From assembly GCA_963809895.1 (NCBI GenBank), contig CAWELD010000003.1, forward strand, positions 1,184,001 to 1,248,000: DNA of 64,000 nucleotides, in the 5' to 3' direction. The translations under genes were made by a program, and so were the position numbers. Below the pieces are notes generated by a model. It did no database searches. It was not told the DNA's origin and saw nothing but the letters and a program-made list of their open reading frames with translations. Source of the stretch: an uncultured Gemmatimonadales bacterium (GTDB taxonomy: Bacteria; Gemmatimonadota; Gemmatimonadetes; Longimicrobiales; Gaopeijiaceae). Positions 9,709-18,380 of the stretch are shown piece after piece. Each line of letters begins with the position of its first letter. Position 1 is the stretch's first letter.

Positions 9709-10221
9709 ATGCGAGTGAAACTGACCGCCCTCGGGGTCCTGGCCATCATCCTCGGCGGCGCGTCCCTGGCCTTCAGGTCCGAGGGAGAGCCCATGGTGGA
9801 CCCGGGCAGGATCGCGTTGGCAAGCCCCGACCAGGGGACCGCCTCTCAGGTGATCCACGTCTACAAGTCACCTACCTGCGGCTGCTGCGGCGACTGGGTC
9901 GAGCATCTGCGGGCGGCGGGCTTCGAGGTGGAGGTCGAGAACGTCCAGGACCTCGTCGCGGTGAAGCGCCGGTTCGGGATCCCGGATCGCCTCGCCACCT
10001 GCCACACGGCGGTCGTGGGACGATATCTGGTGGAGGGCCACGTGCCCGCTGAGGATCTGCGCCGCTTCCTGGACCAGTCGCCGGACGTGGCGGGCCTCGC
10101 AGTCCCCGGGATGCCGGTCGGCTCCCCCGGAATGGAGGTGGAGGGCCAGCCCGACCAGCCCTACGACGTCCTGGCGTTCGACGCGCAGGGACGGACCACC
10201 GTTTTCGCAGAACATCGCTGA
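9709..10221 (+). CDS. DUF411 / CopG-like periplasmic metal-binding protein
   Basis: VYKSPTCGCCGDW, SCH-like TCHTA, EGHVPA, GLAVPGMPVGSPGME; signal peptide. Confidence 0.9.
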   Translation: MRVKLTALGVLAIILGGASLAFRSEGEPMVDPGRIALASPDQGTASQVIHVYKSPTCGCCGDWVEHLRAAGFEVEVENVQDLVAVKRRFGIPDRLATCHTAVVGRYLVEGHVPAEDLRRFLDQSPDVAGLAVPGMPVGSPGMEVEGQPDQPYDVLAFDAQGRTTVFAEHR

Positions 10222-10469
10222 GCAGGACCCGGTCCCGCCGGAGGGAGCCTGAGCGCCCCCGGTGGGATCCGCCGAAGCACCGGAAGAGCACCGGACGTCG
10301 TCACGTTCGGAACACGAGGCTGCGGCGGCCGACGGGACCGGGAGCATCTCCATTCGGGATCCCTTCGGAGACTCGTGCGGTATAGTAGGTACAACTCTTC
10401 AGAGTTGAACCATCTGTCATGAGTCGGGGGGATCGGCTCTGCCGGTCCCGCCCCGAAAAGGGAGGAAAG

Positions 10470-10901
10470 ATGAAGACGACCTCGAGGTCTCGCGGCTTCT
10501 GGACCGCACTCGCCGTGTTCGCGCTGCCGCTCGTTGCGGCATGCGCGTCAACCGGCGGTGCCGGACAAGCAGAAGCGAAGGCCGCGACACCGAGGATTCC
10601 CAGCCAGGGCATCCCCGTCGTGGTCGAGAACGACAACTTCAACGACGTGACGGTCTACGCCATGACCGGCTCGGCGTCCTATCGTCTGGGCACGGTCACG
10701 GGCATCCACTCCGACACGCTGCACATCCGGCAGGCCTACCTCGCTGGCGGCCCGCTGCGCCTTCTCGTCGACCCCATCGGATCGCTCAACGCGTACCTGT
10801 CCGATCCGGTCATCGTGGACCAGCGCTCCGAGGTCCAGCTCGATGTCGGGCAGACGCTGGCGCTCTCCACGATCAGTACGTGGGATCGCAAGGCCCAGTG
10901 A
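10470..10901 (+). CDS. Hypothetical lipoprotein
   Basis: RBS GGAGG, lipobox-like LVAAC, VVENDNFNDVTVY..RLGTV. Confidence 0.7.
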   Translation: MKTTSRSRGFWTALAVFALPLVAACASTGGAGQAEAKAATPRIPSQGIPVVVENDNFNDVTVYAMTGSASYRLGTVTGIHSDTLHIRQAYLAGGPLRLLVDPIGSLNAYLSDPVIVDQRSEVQLDVGQTLALSTISTWDRKAQ

Positions 10902-10983
10902 CGGTGATTCCGGCGCCGGCCCGGATCGAGGGCCGGCGCCCCGCCTCCCGCTGAGCCTCCTCTACCGCGTCCGATACGATCCC

Positions 10984-11739
10984 TTGGAAATCCCCCGCAT
11001 CCGGGAGTTCCGACCGGGTCTCGTCCTGCTCGAGGCGCGGGTCGAGGACTTCGACGTGCGCTCCGCCGTCGTGGTGGGATCTCGGCGCGCGCTCGTGTGG
11101 GACACCCTCGCCCATCCGCGCCAGATGGCGCCGGTGGCCGGACTTGCCGAGGCACGACCGGTGACGGTCGCCTACAGCCACGCGGACTGGGATCACGTGT
11201 TCGGCACCGGCGGCCTCACGAACTGGACAGAGATCGTAGCCCATGAAGTTGCTGCGGCGCGCTTCGGGGGCGACGTGCCCGCCGAGTTGGCGCGCCGTCA
11301 CGCCACCGACCCCGAAGAGTGGGGCGCCGTCCGCCTGGAGGCCCCCACCCGGACCTTCCGGCGAACGCTCACCATCGACCTCGGCGATGTCGAGGTGCGG
11401 CTCGAAGCACTCCCCGGACACACCGCGGACTGCATCGTCGCCTGCATCCCCTCCTGGGGCGTGTTGCTGGCCGGCGACACCGTGGAGACCCCTCTTCCGG
11501 TCGTGAACGACGCCGCGGCGATCGAGGCCTGGACGGACCGGCTCACCCAGATCGCGGCCGAGCCGTGGTTGGAGCACGTCGTGCCCGCGCACGGCAGCGC
11601 CGGAGGAACCGCGCCTCTCGAGGAGACGCTGAGGTACCTGGAGGCCCTCACGAAGGGGCGTCCCCCCACCCTTCCCGACCCGATGGAGCCCTTCTATCGC
11701 GAGACCCACGCGCGCAATCTCCGGCTGGTGGCGGACTGA
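10984..11739 (+). CDS. MBL-fold metallo-hydrolase (start uncertain)
   Basis: SHADWDHVFG, PGHT, LAGD, VPAHG; in-frame TTG chosen as start. Confidence 0.85.
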   Translation: MEIPRIREFRPGLVLLEARVEDFDVRSAVVVGSRRALVWDTLAHPRQMAPVAGLAEARPVTVAYSHADWDHVFGTGGLTNWTEIVAHEVAAARFGGDVPAELARRHATDPEEWGAVRLEAPTRTFRRTLTIDLGDVEVRLEALPGHTADCIVACIPSWGVLLAGDTVETPLPVVNDAAAIEAWTDRLTQIAAEPWLEHVVPAHGSAGGTAPLEETLRYLEALTKGRPPTLPDPMEPFYRETHARNLRLVAD

Positions 11740-11949
11740 GGCACGCGGAGGGTCGTCCGAGCGCCAGGCCGTACGATGAGCGAACGGGTCACAACGTCCC
11801 GCGACGGGAGGACCTGACCCGCTCGCGGGATTCCCGGACGCCGGCAACCGCGAAGAATCGCGGCCCGGACGACCCGTGCAGGTGGCATGAAGGATGCCGG
11901 ATCTGGAGCGGTGCACCCAGGCGCGCCAGCTCACCAGGAGTCACAGCCC

Positions 11950-12423
11950 ATGCCCCCTCGAGCCACCACACCGGAGTGGCCGACGACGGTCTCCGACCTG
12001 ATGGAGCGCGAGGTCGTCACCGCGACGCCGGACATGCCGGTGCCCACCCTCGCCCGTCTCCTCCGGGACCACCGCGTGAGCGGCGTGCCGGTGGTGGATG
12101 CCGAGGGACACGTGGTGGGCACCGTGAGCAGCACGGACCTTCTCTGGCTGTGCGAGATCCTCCTCCCCCGCCCCCACGATCGCGACGGCGCGCACCACAA
12201 TCGGCGAAACCACGCCAACACGCGCACCGTGGGAGACGTCATGACCCCCGACGTATTCGGAGTGCGGCCGGAAGACAGCCTGGAGGAGCTGTGCCGCTTC
12301 ATGGCACGCACCGGCCTGCGCCGGGCCCCCGTCATGGAAGACGGACGGCTGGTGGGAATGGTGTCCTTCACCGACCTGTTGGCGCTCATGGCCGACGACG
12401 CGGAGGGCGACGGCGCGGACTGA
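11950..12423 (+). CDS. CBS-domain pair protein
   Basis: TVSDLMEREVV..SGVPVVD..GTVSSTDL and TVGDVMTPDV..APV..GMVSFTDL. Confidence 0.85.
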   Translation: MPPRATTPEWPTTVSDLMEREVVTATPDMPVPTLARLLRDHRVSGVPVVDAEGHVVGTVSSTDLLWLCEILLPRPHDRDGAHHNRRNHANTRTVGDVMTPDVFGVRPEDSLEELCRFMARTGLRRAPVMEDGRLVGMVSFTDLLALMADDAEGDGAD

Positions 12424-12529
12424 GCTTGACCATGCCCCTTGCGGGCCACCTGGGAGGGTGGAACGTGAGAGGGCGCGGGTGCCATGGGTTGGGAGGAGCC
12501 GCCCGGAGCTCTCGGCCCGCCGCAGGCGG

Positions 12530-12730
12530 CCCGTCAGGGGGCGCGCGCCGCCTGGGGTTTGCGGCCAGGGACGACAGGCGCGGGCGTGAGGGCTGCAAAG
12601 GCCATGATTATCCTGGTGTTCGCAGCCACGAGTGCGCCGGCGACGGTCCAGGGCTGCGAACGCCGTGATAGTCATGGTGTTCGCAGCCGACTTCTTCGGC
12701 CCCGCCCTTCGGCGGCTGCGATCCCCCATG
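12530..12730. repeat. Array of ~37-bp palindromic repeats with 61-62 bp period (REP-like)
   Basis: Core copies 12591-12627 and 12652-12688 share 31/37 nt; partial copies end at 12566 and start at 12714; spacers 24-25 bp and unrelated. Confidence 0.7.
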
Positions 12731-12749
12731 TCCGCGCGCCTCGCTCCCG

Positions 12750-14087
12750 TCAATCGAGTCGCCGGAGTCGCCGGTCCATCCTTCCCAGGTCGGCTTCGAG
12801 CAGGCGCCGATACACGTCCCCTTTCACGTAGTAGTCGTGCCGCTGCGTCGGGAGGTACTTCCGCCCCCCGCGCATGTCCGGGCGCTCCCGTGAGCGCCGC
12901 TCCTCCAACCAGGTCACACCACCCGGATCCTCGCGCCGAGCGGCCAGATAGCGCGCGACGAGCTCCGCCTGCAGGGCGAACAGCTCGTAGGCGGCGCCGT
13001 CCGTCTCCAGGAGTCCCATGAAGAAGAGCGTGGGGATGCTCCGGTGGAAGAGGTTGAGGTAGAGGTCCAGAACGCCGTCCCGCCGCTCCAGCAGCCCGTC
13101 CGCGAGGAACGGGAAGACCCGGCGGTAGCCCGTGGCCAGGACGACCACGTCCACCTCTTCCTCGGTTCCGTCGGCGAACAGCACGCGGTCGCCACGCCAC
13201 TCGGACACGTCGGGTTTCACCTCGAGATCGCCGTGGCCCAGGTGGTGAAGCACCTGCGTGTTCATGATGGGATGCGATTCGAGGATGCGGTGATCGGGCC
13301 GGGGCAATCCGTACCGGGTGAGGTCGCCCACCAGCACCCGGTCCAGGAGGAATCCGAAGAGCCGCTCCTCGAGCCATCGTGGCAGGTTGGGCCCCTGGTG
13401 GGCGAATACGTCGGCGGGCTTCCCGAAGACGTATTTGGGCACGAAGTGGTAGCCGCGACGGAGGCTCAGGAAAGCGCGCTCGGCGACCCGCGCGGCGTCG
13501 CAGGCGATGTCGCAACCGGAGTTGCCGCCGCCCACCAGGAGCACCCGCCGGCCGCGGAGCTGCTCCGGCGAGCGGTAGTGGAACGAGTGGTAGAGCTCGC
13601 CATCGAAAGGACCGGGGATCTCCGGCAGGTTCGGGTGCCACGCCATCCCCGTGGCCACCACCAGCGCGGCGTAGCGCCGCTCCGCCCCCGACGCCAGCGT
13701 GACGCGCCAGACGGGGTGCGCCGGTCCGCCGTCGACCTGCGGTGCCACCGACTCCACCCGCGTTCTCAGCTGCACGTGCGGCTCGAGACCCCGGGCCACG
13801 GCGTAGTCCTGCACGTAGGCCAGGATCTGATCGTGGCGCGGGTAGTCCGGGTAGTCCCGAGGCATGGGAAAGCCCGGAAAGCCCGACAGCGTCTTCGACG
13901 AGATGAAGTGGGCCGACTCGTACATGGGCGTCTCGGCCCGATCGATGTCCCAGATGCCGCCGATGCGGTCCCCGGCGTCGAGGATCTCGAAGGGGATGCC
14001 CCGCTCGCTCAACGCGGCTCCGGCGCTCAATCCCGCCGGCCCCGCGCCGATGATCCCGACCGTCGACACATCTCCACTGTTCGCCAT
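12750..14087 (-). CDS. Flavin-containing monooxygenase (class B, FMO-type)
   Basis: GAGPAG, GGIW, FMO fingerprint FDGELYHSFHY, GGGNSGCDIA, ATGY. Confidence 0.9.
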   Translation of the reverse strand: MANSGDVSTVGIIGAGPAGLSAGAALSERGIPFEILDAGDRIGGIWDIDRAETPMYESAHFISSKTLSGFPGFPMPRDYPDYPRHDQILAYVQDYAVARGLEPHVQLRTRVESVAPQVDGGPAHPVWRVTLASGAERRYAALVVATGMAWHPNLPEIPGPFDGELYHSFHYRSPEQLRGRRVLLVGGGNSGCDIACDAARVAERAFLSLRRGYHFVPKYVFGKPADVFAHQGPNLPRWLEERLFGFLLDRVLVGDLTRYGLPRPDHRILESHPIMNTQVLHHLGHGDLEVKPDVSEWRGDRVLFADGTEEEVDVVVLATGYRRVFPFLADGLLERRDGVLDLYLNLFHRSIPTLFFMGLLETDGAAYELFALQAELVARYLAARREDPGGVTWLEERRSRERPDMRGGRKYLPTQRHDYYVKGDVYRRLLEADLGRMDRRLRRLD

Positions 14088-14088
14088 C

Positions 14089-15120
14089 TCAGCTCCAGCC
14101 GTAGTAGCCCAGGGATCTCCGGATCTTCAGCCGACGAACCAGATTGAGGGGCTTACGCCGCAGGTGCCCCAGGCCCCGCGCGGCCAGGTCGTCCGCGGCG
14201 TCCAGCACCCGCTCCGACGAGCGACCGTCCCGGTAGGGGTGCACCTCTTCCGTGTAGCTCCGGATCCGCTCCATGAGGTCGTCGGGCCTGGCCAGGGCCC
14301 ACGCGACGGCCGGACCGACCTCGTCGACGCCCGTGACGTCGAGGAACTCGGGCCCCGGTTGCCGGTGGCGGAAGGTCACCACCGGACGCTGCAGCATGAG
14401 GAACTCCACCGGCGCCGAGGACGTGTCCGAGATCATCACGTCCGCCTCCCGCAGGAGCGGCACCAGATCGGCCCCCTCCTCGAAGCTCAGATTCGGCCCC
14501 ACCAGGCCGCGATACGCCTCCACCAGCGCCGGCTCGGTCTTGGAGTGCAGCTTCACGCGCCACTGCCAGCGGGGATCCCGCGACAACTGGCCGACCGTCT
14601 CCAGGAGCGCCGGCGCCGAGGTGAGCGAAGGGCTGAAGGTCGGCGCGTATAGCACCACCGGCCGCGGATTCCCGGGACCACCCTCCGGAAGTGGAAAGAG
14701 CGGATCCATCTTCGGAAACCCCGTCTCCGCTACCTCGAACCAGCCCTTGCGCGCCGCCAGCTCCCTGAAGGGAGCGGTGGTGGTGGGCCCGTGGGTACAG
14801 TAGAGGTCGAAGAATCCGCGCAGGCGGAAGTGCCCCTTCCGGTCGGGACGCTTGTGGGCGTCGAACCCGTGGAAGACCTCCACCTTGACGCCCGGAAAGA
14901 AATCGGGCACACGGTTGCCCGGAACCAGCACCGCGTCGGGCCGGAAGCCTCGCACCCCCTCCACCGTGTCGAGCAGGCGCTCCCCGCTCTCCAGCAGCTC
15001 GGCTCCGGGACCGTCGAAGAACCACGCCACCGCGCCGCCCCGGGACCGGATGGCGGCCTGGAGCGGGCGCAAGATGCCCACGGCGTAGGCTTCGGAACCG
15101 TAGAGGAGGTAGCGCTTCAC
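14089..15120 (-). CDS. CDP-glycerol glycerophosphotransferase-family (TagF-like) protein
   Basis: EVFHG, TGFPKMD, LYAPTF, VKLH, ADVMISDTSS; GTG start VKRYLLY chosen. Confidence 0.82.
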   Translation of the reverse strand: MKRYLLYGSEAYAVGILRPLQAAIRSRGGAVAWFFDGPGAELLESGERLLDTVEGVRGFRPDAVLVPGNRVPDFFPGVKVEVFHGFDAHKRPDRKGHFRLRGFFDLYCTHGPTTTAPFRELAARKGWFEVAETGFPKMDPLFPLPEGGPGNPRPVVLYAPTFSPSLTSAPALLETVGQLSRDPRWQWRVKLHSKTEPALVEAYRGLVGPNLSFEEGADLVPLLREADVMISDTSSAPVEFLMLQRPVVTFRHRQPGPEFLDVTGVDEVGPAVAWALARPDDLMERIRSYTEEVHPYRDGRSSERVLDAADDLAARGLGHLRRKPLNLVRRLKIRRSLGYYGWS

Positions 15121-15267
15121 GGGATCGCTGAGGGCTGGCCGGACGAACGCGGAAGACAAGGTAACACGTGAGGGGAACGAGCGACGTTCCGTCGCACTCC
15201 CAGCGGGCCGCGGTTACATTCTCCGGCGATCCTCCGTCACTCCGCTTCTCACCGCACACGCAAGGCC

Positions 15268-16014
15268 GTGCCCGCTATCCGCTCCGCCCCACCCGCGGTG
15301 ATTCTGGCCGCCGGCCAGGGCGCCCGCATCGGATCTCCCCTTCCCAAGCCCCTGACCCCGCTGCGCGGTCACTCGTTGCTGGAGCGCACCGTGACCAGCC
15401 TGAGCCTCGTGGGTGTGCAGGAAGTGTGGGTGACCGTGGGGCATCGCGCCCCCGAGGTCGCGGCACACGCGGTTACGGTGGGCCAGACCGTGGGGGTGTC
15501 CGTGCACCCGGTGGAGGTGCCTGGATGGGAGCGGGGGAACGGCGCCAGCGCCCTGGCCGTGGCCGAGCACATCGGTGACCGGCCCTTCTTCCTCCTCATG
15601 GCGGATCACCTCATCGAGCCGAGCATCCTCGAGCGGCTCCTGAGCGATCCTCCGGGGCCCGACGAGGTCTGCCTCGCCGTGGACCGCGACCTCGACGGGC
15701 TCTTCGACGTCCCCGACGTCACCAAGGTGCGGACGCGCGCCGACGGCAGCTTCGAAGCCATCGGCAAGGAGCTGGAGGACTGGGACGCCGCGGATACCGG
15801 CGTCTTCCTGTGCACCCCGGCGCTCTTTCGCGAGCTGGCGGCCGCCGGCGCCCGCAACCGTCACCAGCTCTCCCACGCCATGGCGCGTCTCGCCCACGAG
15901 CGCCGGGCCCGGGCCGTGGACGCCACCGGCTGCCGATGGCTCGACGTGGACACACCCGAGGCGTTGCACGAAGCCGAGGCGTGGCTGGACGCCGTGAACG
16001 CGGGGACACCATAG
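15268..16014 (+). CDS. NTP transferase (phosphocholine/inositol-phosphate cytidylyltransferase-like)
   Basis: VILAAGQGARI..PKPL, GNGAS, LLMADH, IGKEL..DTGVF, WLDVDTPE. Confidence 0.82.
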   Translation: MPAIRSAPPAVILAAGQGARIGSPLPKPLTPLRGHSLLERTVTSLSLVGVQEVWVTVGHRAPEVAAHAVTVGQTVGVSVHPVEVPGWERGNGASALAVAEHIGDRPFFLLMADHLIEPSILERLLSDPPGPDEVCLAVDRDLDGLFDVPDVTKVRTRADGSFEAIGKELEDWDAADTGVFLCTPALFRELAAAGARNRHQLSHAMARLAHERRARAVDATGCRWLDVDTPEALHEAEAWLDAVNAGTP

Positions 16015-16679
16015 CACCCGGAGACTTCTGGAACCGGCCGGAGGTGGTTCAGCGCTTCGCCGAGCGCGATCCCGATCACCGCCTCGTTCGTCTCGTGGAG
16101 ACCGAGCTCGATCCAAAGGGCCTGAAGGTCCTCGACGTGGGATGCGCCGGGGGCCGCAACACCGTCTTTCTGGCGGCGTCGGGAGCCGACGTCCACGCCC
16201 TGGATGCCTCCCCGGCCATGGTCGAGGAAACGCGTCAACGGCTGAAGGAGGTCGTGGGCGAGTCGGAGGCGCGCCGACGCGTACGGTGCGGCACCATGGA
16301 CGACCTGTCCGCGCATATGTCGGATTCCATGGATCTGGTGGTGGCGTTGGGGATCTACCAGAACGCTCGGACGCTGGAGGAATGGCACCGGGCCGTGGCC
16401 GAGAGCGCCCGGGTGCTGCGACGGGGTGGGCGGTGCCTGGTGGCCCACTTCACGCCACGGACGGATCTCACCGGCCAGGGGATGCATGCGGTCGAGGGGG
16501 CCCCGCACGTGTATCGGGGGATGCCCGACGGTCGCACAGCGGTCCTGCTCCATGCGGACGAGCTCGACAGTGCCATGGCCGAGCACGGGCTTCTGCCGGT
16601 GGAGGCGAGCCGGACGGTCGAGGTGGAGACCGAGTCGGGGCGGCGGGTCACCGTGAACGGGCTGTACGCGAAGGCCTGA
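16011..16679 (+). CDS. Class I SAM-dependent methyltransferase (start uncertain)
   Basis: VLDVGCAGGRN, ALDAS, SARVLRRGG. Confidence 0.82.
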   Translation: MAPGDFWNRPEVVQRFAERDPDHRLVRLVETELDPKGLKVLDVGCAGGRNTVFLAASGADVHALDASPAMVEETRQRLKEVVGESEARRRVRCGTMDDLSAHMSDSMDLVVALGIYQNARTLEEWHRAVAESARVLRRGGRCLVAHFTPRTDLTGQGMHAVEGAPHVYRGMPDGRTAVLLHADELDSAMAEHGLLPVEASRTVEVETESGRRVTVNGLYAKA

Positions 16680-16700
16680 CCCCGGCCCGGCGCACTACCG

Positions 16701-17282
16701 TCAGCGGGGACCCGACCGGGCGACCTCCTCGCCGGGAACCAACATGCCCTCCGCCACGGCCCGCACCACGTCCAGGGTGGTGAGAATGCCGGTGGCCTCT
16801 CCGTTGTGCAGGACCAGGAGCCGGTGCACGCTTGCGCGCACCATGGCCTGGGCGGCTTCCTTGATCGTCGCCTCGGGCTCCACCGCCAGGACCTTCCTGG
16901 ACATGACTTCGGCCACGGTGTGCTCGTCGAGCGCGTCCCATTCCGGCCCCTCGGACGCCGTCATGCGGCTCGTCACGTCCGAGCCGGAGTCCTCCCACAT
17001 CTGCACGAACCACTGCCCGGGCTCGTCGTCGAGCTCCGGTGCATCCCGTGTGTCGTCTTCCAGCGGACCCACGAGTTGCGGTCGGTACGTGGGCACACCG
17101 GGATCGTCGGCCTCGTAGGTCAGGATGTCGGTCAGGGACACCACGCCCACCACTTGCCCTCCACGTGTCACCGGGGCCCCGCCCACGCCGGCCGAGGTGA
17201 GGAGATCCGCGGCGGCCCGCAGGGTCTCCTCCGGCTCCACGGTCAGCGGATCGGATGTCATCAGGTCACGTACACGCAGCAT
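16701..17282 (-). CDS. CBS-domain pair protein with acidic insert
   Basis: VRDLMTSDP..GAPV..GVVSLTDI and TVAEVMSR..HRLLV..GILTTLD. Confidence 0.85.
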   Translation of the reverse strand: MLRVRDLMTSDPLTVEPEETLRAAADLLTSAGVGGAPVTRGGQVVGVVSLTDILTYEADDPGVPTYRPQLVGPLEDDTRDAPELDDEPGQWFVQMWEDSGSDVTSRMTASEGPEWDALDEHTVAEVMSRKVLAVEPEATIKEAAQAMVRASVHRLLVLHNGEATGILTTLDVVRAVAEGMLVPGEEVARSGPR

Positions 17283-17363
17283 GGCGTCTCCAGAACGGAA
17301 GTCGCGGAGGGTCGTCGCGGATGTCGTCAGGTTCTACCCCCCGAACGGGATGGGTGCCGTTGG

Positions 17364-18224
17364 TCAGGCCCGGTCGTTCAGAGCCACGACATCCTCCTCG
17401 GAAAGCTCGATGGCGGAGGCCGCCACGTTGTCCCGGAGGTGTGCCGGACTCGACGTACCCGGGATGGGAAGGATCACGGGTGAGCGCCGCAGGAGCCATG
17501 CAAGCCCCACCTGGGTGGACGTGGCGTCGAGGCGGCGCGTGATGGCTTCCGGCACCGCTTCCGCGAGTTCTCCACCGGCCAGGGGCCGCCACGGGATGAA
17601 GCCGATCCCCAACTCCTCGCACCGGTCCACCACCGGGTCGGATTCGCGGTCGAGTAGATTGTAGCGATTCTGCACCGACACCAGCGGCGCGACCTCGAGG
17701 GCCCGGTCGAGCTGCCCGACATCGACGTTGGAGACGGCGACGTGGCGGATCTTGCCTTCGTCACGCAGTCGCACCAACTCGCCCAGCGACTCCTCGAGGG
17801 GAACGTCGGGGTCCGGGGCGTGGAGCTGATACACGTCGATGCGCTCCAGCCGAAGCCGGCGAAGGCTGCCCTCGCACGCGGTCCGCAGATGGGCCGGCCG
17901 ACCGTTGCGGTCCCATTGGCCGGGCGCGGGCCGTTCGAGCCCGCCCTTGGTAGCGATCACGAGCCCTTCGGGATAGGGATACAACGCTTCGGCGATGAGC
18001 TCCTCCGCCACCCGCGGACCGTAGGCGTCCGCGGTGTCCACGAGTTGGACCCCCAGCTCGTGCACGGCGGTCCTGAGGACCTCTAGCGCCTCTGCTCGAT
18101 TCTGCGGCGGGCCCCACACGCCGTCGCCGGTGAGACGCATGGAGCCGAACCCCATGCGCCGGACGGTCAGGTCGGCGAGTCGAACGGTCCCGGCCCCGGC
18201 TGCGGTGGTCGTGGTCGTGCTCAT
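17364..18224 (-). CDS. Aldo/keto reductase
   Basis: MGFGSMRL, DTADAYG, IATKGG, YQLH, SVQNRYNL, PIPGTS. Confidence 0.92.
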   Translation of the reverse strand: MSTTTTTAAGAGTVRLADLTVRRMGFGSMRLTGDGVWGPPQNRAEALEVLRTAVHELGVQLVDTADAYGPRVAEELIAEALYPYPEGLVIATKGGLERPAPGQWDRNGRPAHLRTACEGSLRRLRLERIDVYQLHAPDPDVPLEESLGELVRLRDEGKIRHVAVSNVDVGQLDRALEVAPLVSVQNRYNLLDRESDPVVDRCEELGIGFIPWRPLAGGELAEAVPEAITRRLDATSTQVGLAWLLRRSPVILPIPGTSSPAHLRDNVAASAIELSEEDVVALNDRA

Positions 18225-18380
18225 GTCAGGTGCTCCCCGGCTTCTGTTTGGTAAGGATCGACACCCTTCGAGCGTGCAAGTCTGATACCGCCGGGCAGGT
18301 CCGCCGCGAGCGATGGACCGCCGGTTCCGACGCCGGGTAGCCGAATCGGTGCCCTGCGCCCCCACCCGGAGCCCTGCGTC

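Noticed and set aside
12530..12730. Bona fide CRISPR array
   Set aside because: Only two good repeats with 6 mismatches, short spacers, no AT-rich leader and no cas genes; kept as a repeat
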